A DNA stretch of 64,000 bases. Source: Chiloscyllium plagiosum (lineage: Eukaryota). Position 1 is the stretch's first letter, and every line of letters begins with the position of its first letter. The translations under genes and the position numbers were made by a program. Of this stretch, positions 12,071-25,235 are shown in pieces. The notes beneath the pieces are model-generated. The model made no database searches. It was not told the DNA's origin and saw only the letters and a list, made by a program, of their open reading frames with translations. Location: contig NC_057719.1 in the NCBI RefSeq assembly GCF_004010195.1, forward strand, positions 19,415,562 through 19,479,561. Direction: 5' to 3'.

Positions 12071-12559
12071 ATATGGGAGGGAGACCAAGTAATCATTATC
12101 ACATGGAGTGGGTCTCTGAACAGGTCTCATAGATGTGGCAGGTTAATAGGCGATGAAGATTTCAGCTGACACATTTATTTTGTTTGTTTTATCAGAAACG
12201 TGTACACAAGACATTTGAACTGAAATATATCTACACCAGTGCTACCTTATCAAATATTTATATGCTATTCAATGCCCTGCTCTCAAATTTCCCTTCATTT
12301 GGCCCACAGATTAATCTCTCAGCTGGGCTAATAAGCCAACTGAGGTTTCTATAACATTTGAAATATATTTATGCAAGGAACAAAGGTTTCAATTCCCGAA
12401 GTGCATCGGTTAAGTTATTTTTTAAAATGCACTTGCATTATAACAAGTTATGTGGAGAAAGAGATGAAGTTCTCACAGTTGTAATGAAATCAATTAACTT
12501 TTTTTTCCTTTATTACATCAAATAATAAAAAAAAGCTTTTTTTTCCTTAACTGTGGTCT

Positions 12560-12990
12560 GTGTTGGCATCCTTTGTGTAGTCAAATTAAATAACAACTGC
12601 TGTATTCTAGTAAATGCCATCAGTAATCCAAAATGCTCAGTTAATATGTGCTCTCGACAGCTTTGTTTTATAATATGTACAAGGTTGGCAATAACTTCCC
12701 AGCAAAACTGCAGAACAAACAAGAGGACAAGAGGCGACTAGCAGTGAATTACAGCGCAGTAATTCAGCACAGTGGCGCTGATGGTGCCATAAACTATGCA
12801 TTGCTCAGAACTGAATTATTACATTAGTGTCACTGCCAACTATTTGCTATTCTTTCTCAACAAGTTTTTCGACATCCCCCAATAGTTTGTCGTTGGTCAA
12901 TTTTAGGGTTGATGGCAGATGTGCTGACCGCGCGACAAACAACTGAATCAGCACTTTCAGGTTCGGGCTGCTGTAGACACCTGAAGGGGT
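12560..12990. promoter_or_regulatory. Candidate conserved non-coding element/enhancer
   Basis: No recognised repeat; CpGs retained; TAAT/ATTA, CCATAAA and ACAAA motifs. Inference only. Confidence 0.4.
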
Positions 12991-14189
12991 AGCAAAAGAT
13001 ACATAGTCACAGGCCTTGAGATCTTGCATCATAATGGTAAACAGGACTAGAGCTGGGATGAGGAATTTTGTTTTAATGTTACGCAGCTTTATTGTTATTA
13101 TCTGAAGGGGTGAAAGAAGCAAATTCAATAAGAACTCTAAGAAGGGAATTGGATTCACACTTGAAGGAGAAAATTTCAGAGAATGATAGAGAAAGTGCAT
13201 AGGATTGGGAATAATTGCAAATCCTTCATAAACAGCAGGTACAAGCATTATGGACAGAATGGCCTCTGTGAGTGTTGTAATTCTTTGTGGAAAAGATTGA
13301 AACCATTGATGATTAGGAGTAATTCGCAGGCGGAGAATGAACGAGGAGTTGTGATAATGTCAGAAACCTTCTAAATGAAGCTCTTGCTCTTAATAAAGGT
13401 TCACCTCAACTCCGAGTTTCGATGTTTTTACACCAAAAGAATGGGTAAAGCACTGTTAATACTGCCAGTGTATCAATCATACTCACACTGAAGGAACAAC
13501 ATAGTCAGTGTTTTGGTCTGACAATAGGAAGCAATTTGCTATCAATTGCCACTCATTTAATGTACTCTAAACTTAAATGTATGCAATAAAACAAAATGAT
13601 ATCACATATAAGAGGGAAGTTAAGTTCACAGTGAAGAGTTGCACACAAAGGGACTGTAGGTCAGGAATTTGGCGCAGCCCTGTTATATCTCATTCTCCTT
13701 TTAGAGTGTTGCACTGAGCTGTGAGTTCAGGATTGCTAAGTGTAACCTCTACTAGAGGTTATGTTGCACTTGGCAGATAGAAGAGATAACACTGTACAAA
13801 GAAACCCAGAATAATTTATCAGCATCACGAATAAGCATACTCAAAGCTGAGTTGCTTTCATAATATATGGTACATTCAAGTGCCAGAATGGACAGCAGTG
13901 TCACAATCAATTTGTATGATTTGAATTGTAGTAACATTGGTTATTATTTGGAAGAAAGTAATTAATACCCTGAATCATGAACTGCATTCGCATCAGTTTG
14001 GTGCCACTACATAGTGAAGCATATAACCCATTCTACCTCCACCTTACAATTCTCCACGCTAACTCATCAAGAACAATGATGATTTTCTTCCCATCATACA
14101 ATGCCAGTAAGTGCCATGTTGAAACATTACTTTAGCAAGGATCATGATGACTCTCATTCCCTCAATCAGGATTGTGTTGACTCTTTAGC

Positions 14190-14507
14190 ATCATAGAAAC
14201 CCTACCGCGTGGAAGCAGGTCATGCAGCCCATCAATTCAACACTGACTTTCTGAAGAGCATCGCACTCAGGTGTACCCCCCTACACTGTCTCTGAAACCC
14301 ATGGCTAATCCACCTAGCCTGCACACTTAAGGCAATTTAGCATGGCCAAGTCACATAACCTACACATCTTTAGACTGTGGGAGGAAACCCATGCAGACAT
14401 GAGGAGAATGTGCAACTCCACACCGACAATCACCTGAGGGTGGAATTGAACCTGCGTCCCTGGTACTGTGAGGCAGCAGTGCTAACCACTGAGCCACCGT
14501 GCCACCC
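14190..14507 (-). mobile_element. HE1-type V-SINE
   Basis: Reverse complement of gggtggcacggtggctcagtggttagcactgctgcctcacag; same body as 35957-36276. Confidence 0.9.
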
Positions 14508-14944
14508 ATAATGTTACTTCTTCATACTTTACTAATAAGGTTTTGCTGACTCTCAGTAAGTCTCTTGCTGAGTTTTTAGACTCAATTATTGAAATGTTCA
14601 GGCCCTAGAAAAGAGGAAGGTAGTTGTACACAATGACTGTACAGCCTCCCTGTTGATTTCCTGTCATGATCCTGTCCAGTCTGCTAACTGTAACGTAACA
14701 AACTCCAGTAAAGGATATGTTCAACATTCCTGCATTCACTGCTCAGTGAGGTATTTTGAAAGGAGCATGGGTTGAGAAAGATCTCTGACAGATCAGCTGC
14801 CTGATGGCAAATGGTGGGTAACCAATTAAGGCTAATGGTATTTAATTAAAATGGCCAATTAAGGCTCTGATGAGAACTTTCACTTGGCATATTGGAAGCC
14901 CACACTGAACTGAGCCATCATAGTAGAGGGTGTAGGGGCGTCAT

Positions 14945-15270
14945 AGTGGTGCACACTTTGTGAAACTGGAGGCTGGTGTTTGATGGCTTACCAGGGATCA
15001 TTGTTGGATCCCTCATTGTTGTGATATATATATATATATATATAAAATATAGGTGAGAATGTGTGGGGGATGATAGGTAAGCTTGTGGACAACATAAAGA
15101 TTGGCCAGGTAGTTGACAGGGAGGAAGAAGGTCTTGGGTTACAGGAAGATTTAAATGAATTGGTCAAACGGACAGATCATTGGTAGATGGAATTTAATCC
15201 TGATAAGTGTGAGGGAATGTATTTTGGAAGAAGTAACAAAACAAGAAAATCTTCAACAAATAGCAGGACT
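14945..15270 (+). mobile_element. CR1 RT fragment with internal (TA)n
   Basis: LPGIIVGSLIVV (degenerate PQGSVLGP), KLVDNIKIG, WxMEFNPDKCE. Confidence 0.75.
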
Positions 15271-16179
15271 GGTGAAGTGATCTCCCACATGAGTGACTGC
15301 TTTGTCAGAGACCCATTGACCACCAAACTACCACTGTAGATATGTGCCATCTCGCCAAGGAAAATGCTCCTCCTGGACTACGGCCATGCTACCTCCACTA
15401 CAGTCATGTTCAGAATGGTAGCCTTGTCTGCTATTCCTAGTGTAGTTTGACCTCCTGTAGTGTCGGGAACCGTCCATCATCCCTAGCTGGTCAGCAAGGC
15501 TCTTCCCAGTGTATAATTGGCTTGAGCATTGAAAACAATGGTAGCCGAAGCACGAGATGGACCTGGATCGAGACCCCATGCCCAGATCCTGACAACATCC
15601 ATCCCTGTTAAAATCCAGCCATCTTTCTCTTTATTCCCCCACTCAGAGTCAAGCTACTTTAACTTGGCTGTTCAAGCGCTCCATTAAAATAACTGCCTGG
15701 ATTCCTTTCAATGTAACATTGTGTCTTTATGTTACCTAGGATTCTTATAGGGATTCCAGAAGTCTTTAAATGTTAAAGTTCAACTGATATTCTTAAAAGA
15801 GTAAAGCTTTACTCATGTAGCTAATCGAGTGTTTCACTGGCCTATATTTATATTTCATTTTGTTATCCTAAGTGTGATGCATAAACATGTATCTATCATG
15901 TTTCATTTTAATTCCATAAGCCCAACCTCAGTTACATCTTTTTTTTAATTTGTTTGGAAATGTTTTTGTTAAATGACTACAGAATAAGTTTTTATTCACT
16001 GAGCACTGTGAACTGCTTGAGATGAGGAATTCCATGGCTAGTTACACACATATAATTTCTATTTTAAGACTGAAAAGAAGCATTTCCGTTTTAAAAGTGC
16101 TAGAAAAGGTGTACGTATTTTCAAAGCTAGGCTGCAGTCCGAGGATTAAAGATTATTAGAGTCTCGAAACAGGAATGTG

Positions 16180-16760
16180 GCATACAGACACATTGCTGCA
16201 TTAGCATCTAATTGAGTGCTTTAGACAGCCATGCCCTGTCATTATTGCTATCAGGGCATTAGCAACACGCACAGATTGTGCTGCGCTGTCCTATGGGGCT
16301 TTCAGCTAATGGGCATTGGCCATTACATATGGCCTTGGACAGACTTAGGGGAGGGGGTGGTGGTGTGGTAGGGCCACAGAGTTGCCGACAGCACTCGAGG
16401 CTGCAGTAATTACTGTCACAATGCTTGCCACACACCTGATGTCTACCTGTGGGCACAACTCCCAACACAGGGAATTGTGGGATTGTTGTTTGTCCTTGAA
16501 TCGGCAGCTCACAGCTGTGCACTTTATTTTTTTTCCTAGTGTTTATCTGGAGGCGAAAAGGCTAGTCACCAAACTCACGACAACAGCAGGCATTAAATAT
16601 TATTCTCATCAATGCTCACATTTGCTTGAGAAATTACTGACTAGCATTCAAACAAATGCCAGATTTCTATTGCTGTTCTCACACTGATCTTGGATCCAAG
16701 AATGGTTTTAAAAGGGCATTACCATTGATTGCTATGCCTGACAGTGTATCTGGCCATTTG
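16180..16760. promoter_or_regulatory. Candidate conserved non-coding element
   Basis: Repeat-free; CTAATTG, TGTCA/TGACAG, CAGCTG and CATTAG motifs. Inference only. Confidence 0.3.
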
Positions 16761-18349
16761 TAAAGGTAAAATAAAGACCAGGATCTCTCACCAGTTGCAT
16801 CACTTGTGACTAACAGTTTCTCGTCACATGTTAGACAACAAAATTCATTCTACAACAGAGTTAACATTAAATAATATAGTGTGCATCTTTCTATTTTATA
16901 TTTGTGCAATAGCTTTGTCTTTATTATTGACAGAGCATTGTGCAGTTCAGTTTAATTTTTTCAATTGAGTTCATATGCAGTTAAAAGAATTTCATACAGA
17001 GCGTCAAGTGCTCATACATTGGTATCATATGTTGGCTATGAGGTAATTTTATGAATTCATGGGGTTTCACCAGCTGGGAATACATACCAAGATTTCCGCT
17101 GTCTGTCTGAATTCCCAACATGCACACTCTGCGGGTGGGGCTCTACCCTAGGAATGCCAATTCATAAAATTATCCTGACCATGGCTACTGCTATACAAAC
17201 TTTCATGAACGGTTTATGTAGCCAACATTCAGGGCAGAAGCTTTCTCATTCTGTTAAATTTCACCCTCTCTTTGCTCTCAGTCTAAATTTTTTCTACACA
17301 GTATTGATTTGAACCTCAGGTATACCGCTAAGGTCCTGAAAAATATTTTTTTCAAAGAATTTTTCAGTCACAATGCCCCTTTGATGGGAACGAGATAGCA
17401 AGATCCCAGTTTCTCAGCAGGGAGTAACTAAATAGAAAACATTTGCAGCTTCTATTCACAAATTTGTTTATGTGATATCATTACTTGTTATAAAATGTAA
17501 GATCTCAAGGACATGGGTGTAATTTGGTGTGATGACACACTAATTTATTCATCCCATTTCCACCTACCCCCATAACAACCCCCCCCCCAATTAAAATGGA
17601 TGCTGATCTATTTTATGATCAATCCCTTTCGATGGAGAATTTTCTTTGAATAAACCAAGATAATGAACTAAAGCTAGAGGTTCAGTGGCACATCTACAGG
17701 GACTATAGTAATTTTTGCAAAATTGTGTACTTTATTGCTCATCAACTTCCTTTTGCCCTTGATGATAGTGACTGTTGTCTTAAGGGTATGGATCCTTCGG
17801 CAAGCCCCTCACTAATAACTCTTTATCCGTATTAATTGTTTTACAGGAACACAATTAAGATTTTGCAACTTTATCACCAACACAATGGGAGTTGCTACAA
17901 TGCCAGAACAAACATAGGAGACATTCTGAAAATTAAACCCTTGATACAATGTCTTGGCAGAATTCACAGATTTATGTCTTGGCACTTAGTAGTATTTCAC
18001 CTTCATTTTTAATTGATCTGAAAAAATATGCAGTCTCTTGTTCATAGTTTGTGAAGCTACATCATTGATCCTTGTTGCATTTGCCTTAACAGTTACAGCT
18101 TGCTTTATAATGCATTTCTAATCTCACATTTTAAATGATTTTGTAAATACAAAGCAGAATTTCCCAGTTTACAGCAATTTAACAACAAATATATCATGGT
18201 TATCATTAACAATACAGGCATGGTGGCCTGAATGGGCTACTGTGTAATATGACCTAATGAAATTCTAAAATGAATGCCCTGTCAAAGAAACAGAGAAATT
18301 GTAATATAAAGTCCACTTATAATTTACAGGAAGAGAAATTGTGTTTTTG

Positions 18350-19500
18350 GATAAACATGACTTTGCAGCACAAAGCAAAGCCCTTTGTGTACAATTACCT
18401 CCTGGTGCCAGAGTTCAGAACAACTGCATAGGGATGGAGAAAAACTTACAATTTAAGGACAAGAATCCTGTCATTGTGGTCATTGTATATACCAATGATT
18501 TAGGCAAGGCAACAATCGATTGGCTGCATAGTCAGTATGAGGAGCTAGCCATCAAATTAAAAAGCTGCATCTCTGAGTTCATACCTGGGGCACATGCAAA
18601 TTTGATGGTTTAAAGACGAGAGACAATACAAAAGAAAATGTGATTAATATAGGAAATAATAAACAGACAATGATAAAACGGGATAGAATACAAATTTGAC
18701 AATAAATCAATGAATCAGGTTAGGGATTACAAAAATAATAAAGGGCCAAAAATCAAGGGGTCTTAATTAACGTGAAAAGCAAAACAGATTAAAATAATTA
18801 AATAATAATGCAAATAGAAGTAAATAATTACAATATGATAACCACTGTAGAGACATAGATTGCGAGCTGAATGTTGAAGGGTACATGGCATTTAAGAAGT
18901 ATAACCAGTTCATAAAAGGTGATGGAGTGGCTCTGTTAATAAATAACGATATATAATTAAACCAGAATGTAGAAGTGGCATCTGTTGAAATGAGAAATGA
19001 TACAGGTGATAGTTCATTTGATGTACAGGTTCTCTAACATTAAATGCATGGTAATATGCCATTTAACTGAAAGAAAAAGGGAGAATGTCAGAAGGATACA
19101 ATGATAATTGTGGGAGATTTTAATCTACGAGTAAATTCAAAAAGTAGTTTGGGCAATGATAGTCTAGATCTAGACTTTATAGAATGTTTCCAAGAACAGC
19201 ATATTCTGGAGCCTATCAGAAAGCAGGCTATACTAGGTCTGGTATTGTTCGATGAAATAGAATTAATTGTTTAGCTTGTAGTGAATATGTACTATATGTT
19301 GCTGATAAGTGTACCAGTGAATATTAGATTTCCATTAGGCATTTGATAAGGTACAACTTCAAAGGTTATTGCAGATAGCATGGATAAACAATTAGCTAGC
19401 TGACAGGAAAGAGCATAGGGAAAAATGGGTTATTTTCTGGCTGGCAAGATAAAATGAGTAGCATGAGTAATAGTGTGATCCTTCCCTAGGGAGAGTCCCT
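18350..19500 (+). mobile_element. Old CR1 LINE (ORF1 SGNH-esterase region, endonuclease, RT remnant)
   Basis: LPPGARVQ...PVIVVIVYTNDLGK (CR1 ORF1 esterase); IIVGDFNL; gcatttgataaggtac (AFDKV). Confidence 0.78.
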
Positions 19501-19504
19501 AATT

Positions 19505-20746
19505 TGTTATGATCCCGGGTGAGGAAGAAAGTTTTTATTTGCCCCTTCCCTCAGTTTGTTGCAACAATGTTAAAATTAAAAGGATCCCTTCCCTTGTGGA
19601 TATCAGGCCGTTAAGTTTATCAGCTACTAAAATACGACATAATAAAATGTTATTCACAAAATGGAAATAAGAGAGGAGTCCAAAATATTAAAAGAAAAAT
19701 GTATAGCAGTCAGTCTTTGGCTTGTCCATGACAAATAGATTATGAAAAGATGCAACCATTAATTCAATAGCACTGATTTTGAAGATTCTTGATTCTGCAG
19801 TTATCTGGAAGGAGTTTAGTTGTAGGGTACCAAAAATCTTTCAAGTTTGTTCCAGTTGCTTTCAACACTGGATGTACTGACTAGCATTCTCCAATCAGAA
19901 AGACTTTATTTCTTTTTACCTGCTCATGCTCATGTGACACTTCACACCACCCTTTAGCACAGTAGAATGGGACTCAAATTAGTGCACAGGCTCAGAAGGT
20001 GCAACTGGTTCTTGACCACTTTTTTTTGCATACTCTTAGAAGGATGAAACATAAATATATCTTTTGCTCAGAACTGTCTTTCTTTCAACTCATATTTTGT
20101 CCATAGTTTACCACAGGATATCCTAGTTCAGTTTTTTTGAATACCACCCATCCATCCCTTTAAAGTGTTGCTGTGAGAAATTCCCTTGGCACCCATCAAG
20201 AGTGATATTCCATATCCAATCAAGGATTTAAGACAGCTACTGAATTTACTGTAGCCATCTTTTGGCTTATAAACCTTCCTTTTAAAAACACTTAATAGAA
20301 CAATATATATACAGTGCACAAACTGATCCTTTGGTTCAACCATAATCCCAAACTAAACTAGCCCTACCTGCCTGCACTTGACCCATTTCCCTCTAAACAT
20401 TTCTTATTCACATACTTATCTAAATGTCTTTTAAACGTCATAACTGAACCCACATCCACTACTTCCTTGGGAATTCATTCCACACACAAGCCACTATGTG
20501 TAAAAAAAAATTGTCCCTCATGCCTTTTTTAAATCTTTCTAGTCTCACCTTAAAAATATACCCCTGAGTCTTGGAATCCCCAACCTTAAGGAAAAGATAG
20601 CTGCCATTTACCGTATCTATACCCCTCATAATTTAAAAAAACCTCTATAAAGTCACCCCTCAACCCCCTGTGCTCCAGTGAATAATTTGTGTCTACAATC
20701 TGTTTTCATAGTATGTGTCCCAGGAATCATTGCTAACCCATCAACA
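19505..20746 (-). mobile_element. Probable solo LTR, interrupted by CR1 at ~20305-20680
   Basis: TG...CA ends. Both terminal regions align by eye with 43986-45000, e.g. gggaagggatccttttaattttaacattgttgcaacaaactgag vs gggaagagatcctttctatattaaccatgttacaaccagctgag. No clean TSD. Confidence 0.45.
20305..20680 (-). mobile_element. CR1 3' end
   Basis: Same subfamily tail (cccaaactaaactag) as 55335-55830. Confidence 0.85.
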
Positions 20747-20809
20747 TTTTACATTTTATATAATTTTGATAAAGTGTCTGAAAATAAGGTTGCTACATTT
20801 GCTGCTTTA

Positions 20810-21545
20810 GGAAAAATATGAAGGCTTTGGAGAGGGTACAAAAGAGTTTTCTGATAATGGTTCCAAGGATGAAGGATTACATTTTTGGGATGGCACGGTG
20901 GCTCAGTGGTTAGCACTGCTGTCTCACAGCGCCAGGGACCCAGGTTCGATTCCAGCTATCTGTGTGGAGTTTGCACATTCTCCCTGTGTCTGCATGGGTT
21001 TCCCCCCACATCCAAAGATGTGCAGGGTAGGTGGATTGGCCATACTAAGTTGTCCATAGGTTCAGGGATGTGTAGGTTAGGTGCATTGGTCAGAAATAAA
21101 CATAGGATGATAGGGCAGGGGAATGGGTCTGGTTGGGTTACTCTTCGGTGGGTCGATGTGGACCTTTTGGGCCAAAGGGCCTATTTCCACACTGTAGGAA
21201 TTCTATGATTAATGTAGAAACCATTAAGGCTTTTAATAGAAACAAATAAAAGAGAAACAGTTTCCAATCATGAAAGGTCAATATCCAGAGAGGTGTAATT
21301 TTAGGTGGTCAGCAAAACAATCAGAGGAAGCCTGAGGGAAAATGTTTTTATGTTTGGATTTGAAAGTTGACTGGTGGGTACAAATATATTAATATCCTTC
21401 AAAAAGCAATTGGTTGATAATTGAAGGATTAGAAAAAGTTAAAGGGATATGGGGAAACAGTAGGAAACTGAAGCTAACTGGATTGCTAACTGAATTCAAA
21501 AGTGCTGGTCAAGCATCAATAGTCCAAATGGTCACATTCTGTTCT
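20810..21545 (+). mobile_element. Old CR1 3' fragment hosting an HE1 SINE
   Basis: ALERVQKSFLIMVPRMKD before the SINE; CR1 3' end resumes after 21210. Confidence 0.7.
20887..21210 (+). mobile_element. HE1-type V-SINE
   Basis: gggatggcacggtggctcagtggttagcactgc...ggttcgattcc...gggccaaagggcctatttccacactgtagg. Confidence 0.92.
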
Positions 21546-22948
21546 GGGATTGTGCAGCATTGTTAATCATGGAAGTGAAGAAGAGTTCAAGCATTCAGGA
21601 ATTAGGTGCAGTTCGTGTTTTTTTCGTGATTTCAGAAATAATTATTGGGCAAATGAGTTAAATTTTTGTTGAATCAGGTAGGATCTTGCTAAAATGAAGA
21701 AAAGTGATATGGTATGCACTCCTTGGCCTTCGAACGAGGAAACTTGCAACTTTCGTGCTTTGCAATTAATCTTGCTCAACTTGTAAGAAGTGCACTGTTT
21801 ATGTGAACGGTTATCCTGATTCCACACATTCTCCCACCTACTCCCATGCACATTTGAGCACATTCACGCACAGTTTAATCTAGTCTGGTTGAATTGGAAA
21901 TTCATCTATTTTAATATGTCTCTACCGTTTTCAACTTTCAGTTTATAGTGTAAATAAGATTTCACATTAGCCCCATAAGATCAACACCATTACAAAGCTT
22001 TGATCATATAATCTTTGGAGCAGTCCAAAGGGAGAGCTCTGCTATTGGAACTGCTAGCTCTCTGATGAGACATCACTTCTCTCCTGTGTTCAGAGCAAAA
22101 TCATTGCTGTATTGATTTTTCTATTTATAGCCAACATTTACCTCTAAAGCAGCTCTACTAAAACAGATTACCTGTGTTTGTGTCAATGCACTTTCAGGAT
22201 CTTTTAGTGCACATAATTTTTGCATTACATTATTAACTGTACTACACACTTATTTCATTGGTTCTGTAGTGCTAAGTCAGAAAAATTAAGCACAAGTATT
22301 TTCTTAATGAATAAATATAGTCCAGATCCTTGGTGGTGAGCTCTGCATCATTTTAGAACTGATCTTAGAATCATTTGGTTATTGTAAATATAATCCATTC
22401 ATTGTTTACCTGCAACATTTGCAGCGAATTATGTGGCACTTAATTCAAGATATTCAAATATATGCACTACAGTATATGTAATGATTCATATAAACAAATC
22501 TAATGCAAGTGAAATCATTTGCAATGTAGAAAACAAATACTTGATATTGGAAGTAAACACAGAAATTGGGGATATTCAGAATTTCATGAAGCAAAAATGA
22601 ACACTTTTTATTGTATGTAAAGCAGTGAAAGTTTGACACACTTCACAAATTTCACCTGCAGTAACTCTTGAGTTTGGTCTGACTCTATTTTCTCTGAATA
22701 TGTTGTTTTAATGCACTATGTAAATATATAAAAAAGAGCAAAGTTGACATTATATGAAGTGCAAAGCACAGCAGTTTCTTTAAATATAGTTTTTTTTTTC
22801 AAAAATTATGCTGTATTCAAGATATCTGCAAAAGCATGTTCCAAAACATTTCAACTTGGAAATTACAGAATGTACAATACAATTGCAATTTTTCTTCATA
22901 CAGCATGCTTTGCTCTGAGGTGCCTTAAAACAATGCACATGATATTGA

Positions 22949-22951
<3 letters not shown>

Positions 22952-22980
<29 letters not shown>
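22952..22980. repeat. (TA)n microsatellite
   Basis: Direct reading. Confidence 0.95.
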
Positions 22981-22985
<5 letters not shown>

Positions 22986-23974
22986 GTCAAGTATATAGCC
23001 TGAGGGATTTGAGACAGTTACTAGCCCCTTGCTGCAATATGTCAGGCAGGCCTTACACTGTGGCCTTGCTCTGTTGCACTTTTGTAGTTCTTGCTTCAAG
23101 CTTTAGTGCGTCCTTTAGCATGTAATACTGAATCTTGGAATGTGCTAGTTTGTTACACAGTCATGGGCAATCTCTGCACTGGAAAATCAGCATGTCTTGG
23201 GCAGCACAATATTGTCTTTTACCAAATTGATAAGTCATCTGTCAGCAATTCATGTATAACTCAGTCTCCATTCTTGTAAAATCGAGACTTGCATCTTGTA
23301 AGTGTTTGGTATGAGCCAAAATCAATGCAGTTCATTCCAGAATTTTGAATACAATATATTTTTTCTCCAAAAATATAATTATTCATCAAATTTGTTCCAA
23401 CTTGAAAATACAGGCAGTGCAATGAAATCCACCCTGTCTCCATGCAGTCTGTTCTACTATTAGGTGTCTCAATGCAGTTGTAACACACTTGATATTTACA
23501 ACATACATCACATGTCAGGTATACAGCCCAAGGGCAGAACTTTCGATAATGTTTTTTTCCAAAATATACTTTAATCCAAAATTTGAAATATTACATCTTG
23601 ACTTGAAAATTACAGAAAGTGCAATAAAATTCAACTTGTTTCTATTGAGCAAGTTCCAGACCTGGGTGCCTCAATATGATTATAATACAGATTGCCTGTC
23701 CCCAATCTGACACTCTCAACGCTCTTAATATTAACGATATACATTCATTCACTTACAGCTTGTGGGCAAAGAATTTCTAATTGAAAGTTTCAAAGAGTGC
23801 AGCAGAAATTCCGCTTTAAACATACCTCAATACAATATTTCTCCTTTCCCAAAAATGTGTATTTTTCATAACATTTGTAAAAATACATTACAGTGCAGTT
23901 TGACTTGAAAAGGTTCCAATATTGCAATAAAATTTTACTTGTCTCCATACAGCATGTTCTACAGAATCACGCTA

Positions 23975-24440
23975 TAACAGAATTGAGATGGTGTAGAAAG
24001 AGACCATTCAGCCTATCATGCCTGCATCAGCTCTACTATCCAGCGTCAATCTCTTGCCTCTCTCCCATGCCTCTGCACATCAAAAAACCATCAAATATGC
24101 CCTTTTGAATATGCCCAGTTGAATCTGCCCCCAATACGTTTCCAGGCAGTGCATTCCATGTGCCAGCAATTTGCCAAGTGAAGAAATATTTTCTGACATC
24201 GTCCTTACTGCAGTTGCACATCACTTTAAACCTATATCCTCTGATTCTAGTTTCATTTACAAATGGAAACAACTACACCCATCTACTCTATCCTGCCCAC
24301 TCATGATTTTGAAAATCTCAATCATATCTTCTCTCTTCTCCAGGGAGAACAGTCCCACATTTTTGAATCTACCCTTGTAGCTGAAGATTCTCGTATCTGA
24401 AATCATTTTCATAAATAAATTCTGCACTCTCTCCAATGCA
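23975..24440 (-). mobile_element. CR1 3' end
   Basis: ETRIRGYRFKV...KYFFTWQIAGTWNALP. Confidence 0.85.
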
Positions 24441-24719
24441 GATGAATGTTGAGATGCTTTGTAGAAGCTTCCATGCTAATCCTGACCGGTGAGCTCCCAT
24501 GGTCCAACAACTTCTCAGACAAATCTGGCAAAGACATGGTCCTGAGGCTGCTGAATTACAGAGCTAGAACTGCATTCTTAATATTTGCAATATACATTCC
24601 ATGTAGCTTCAGGGCAAAACATTTTCAAACTGGAAATTGCCAAAAATGCAATCAAAATAAACTTTTGTGTGTAGGCCTTGTACCACTCTAAGATGCCTCA
24701 GCACAATTGCAAATCTTAT

Positions 24720-25235
24720 GATCTTCACAGTATACATCTATTGTAAGACACACAGCCTGAGGTGCTACAATCCCCAGTCCCTAGTGAACTATTGTTGAAA
24801 GGTTTTTGACAGTGTCCTTTCTCTACTGTACAACTGCAGCATCCCTCAGCACATGGTTGTGTACCTTAGAATGTGTCAATCTGCACCACTCAGTCAGGGA
24901 TAACTCTTTATGTTGGAAAACCAACAAGTGTTGGGTTGATTGAAATGTGTTTTTCACTGAACTGATGGCTCTTCAGGAACAGTTGATGTTTGTCTCTTTG
25001 TGTGTTGCTGGGCGCAGCCGTGGAGCTGTGAACAGAAACTTGCATCTCCATATACTCAGGATGAACTTTGACAAAAGCTCTCTCCAGACCTTCTTTACAA
25101 AGGTGTATGTCACAAGGAGGTGGACAACACTCTCTTCCCCAGCCACCTGAAGGGCAACGTGTGGAGGGGGTAAGACTCCAGGTGTGCTCGAAAAGAACTC
25201 TTTAACCACCAGCCAAGCGACCTCAATGTGGCATT
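24720..25235 (-). mobile_element. Degenerate L1/Tx1-clade ORF2 C-terminal (zf-RVT) fragment
   Basis: EVAWLVVK...GEESVVHLLVTYTFVKKVWRE matches the Tx1 zf-RVT pattern (ETVxHLLxxCxFAKxVW). Confidence 0.7.

Noticed and set aside
13305..13492. C/D snoRNA (TGATGA ... CTGA)
   Set aside because: Boxes too far apart, no terminal stem and no recognisable guide.
15280..15600. GC-balanced segment resembling a transposon ORF remnant
   Set aside because: No frame gave a recognisable domain.
22649..22690. Possible 38-nt minus-strand micro-exon (cag|AGAAAA...CTGCAG|gtgaaa)
   Set aside because: No polypyrimidine tract, weak donor, unrecognised peptide, no partner exons.
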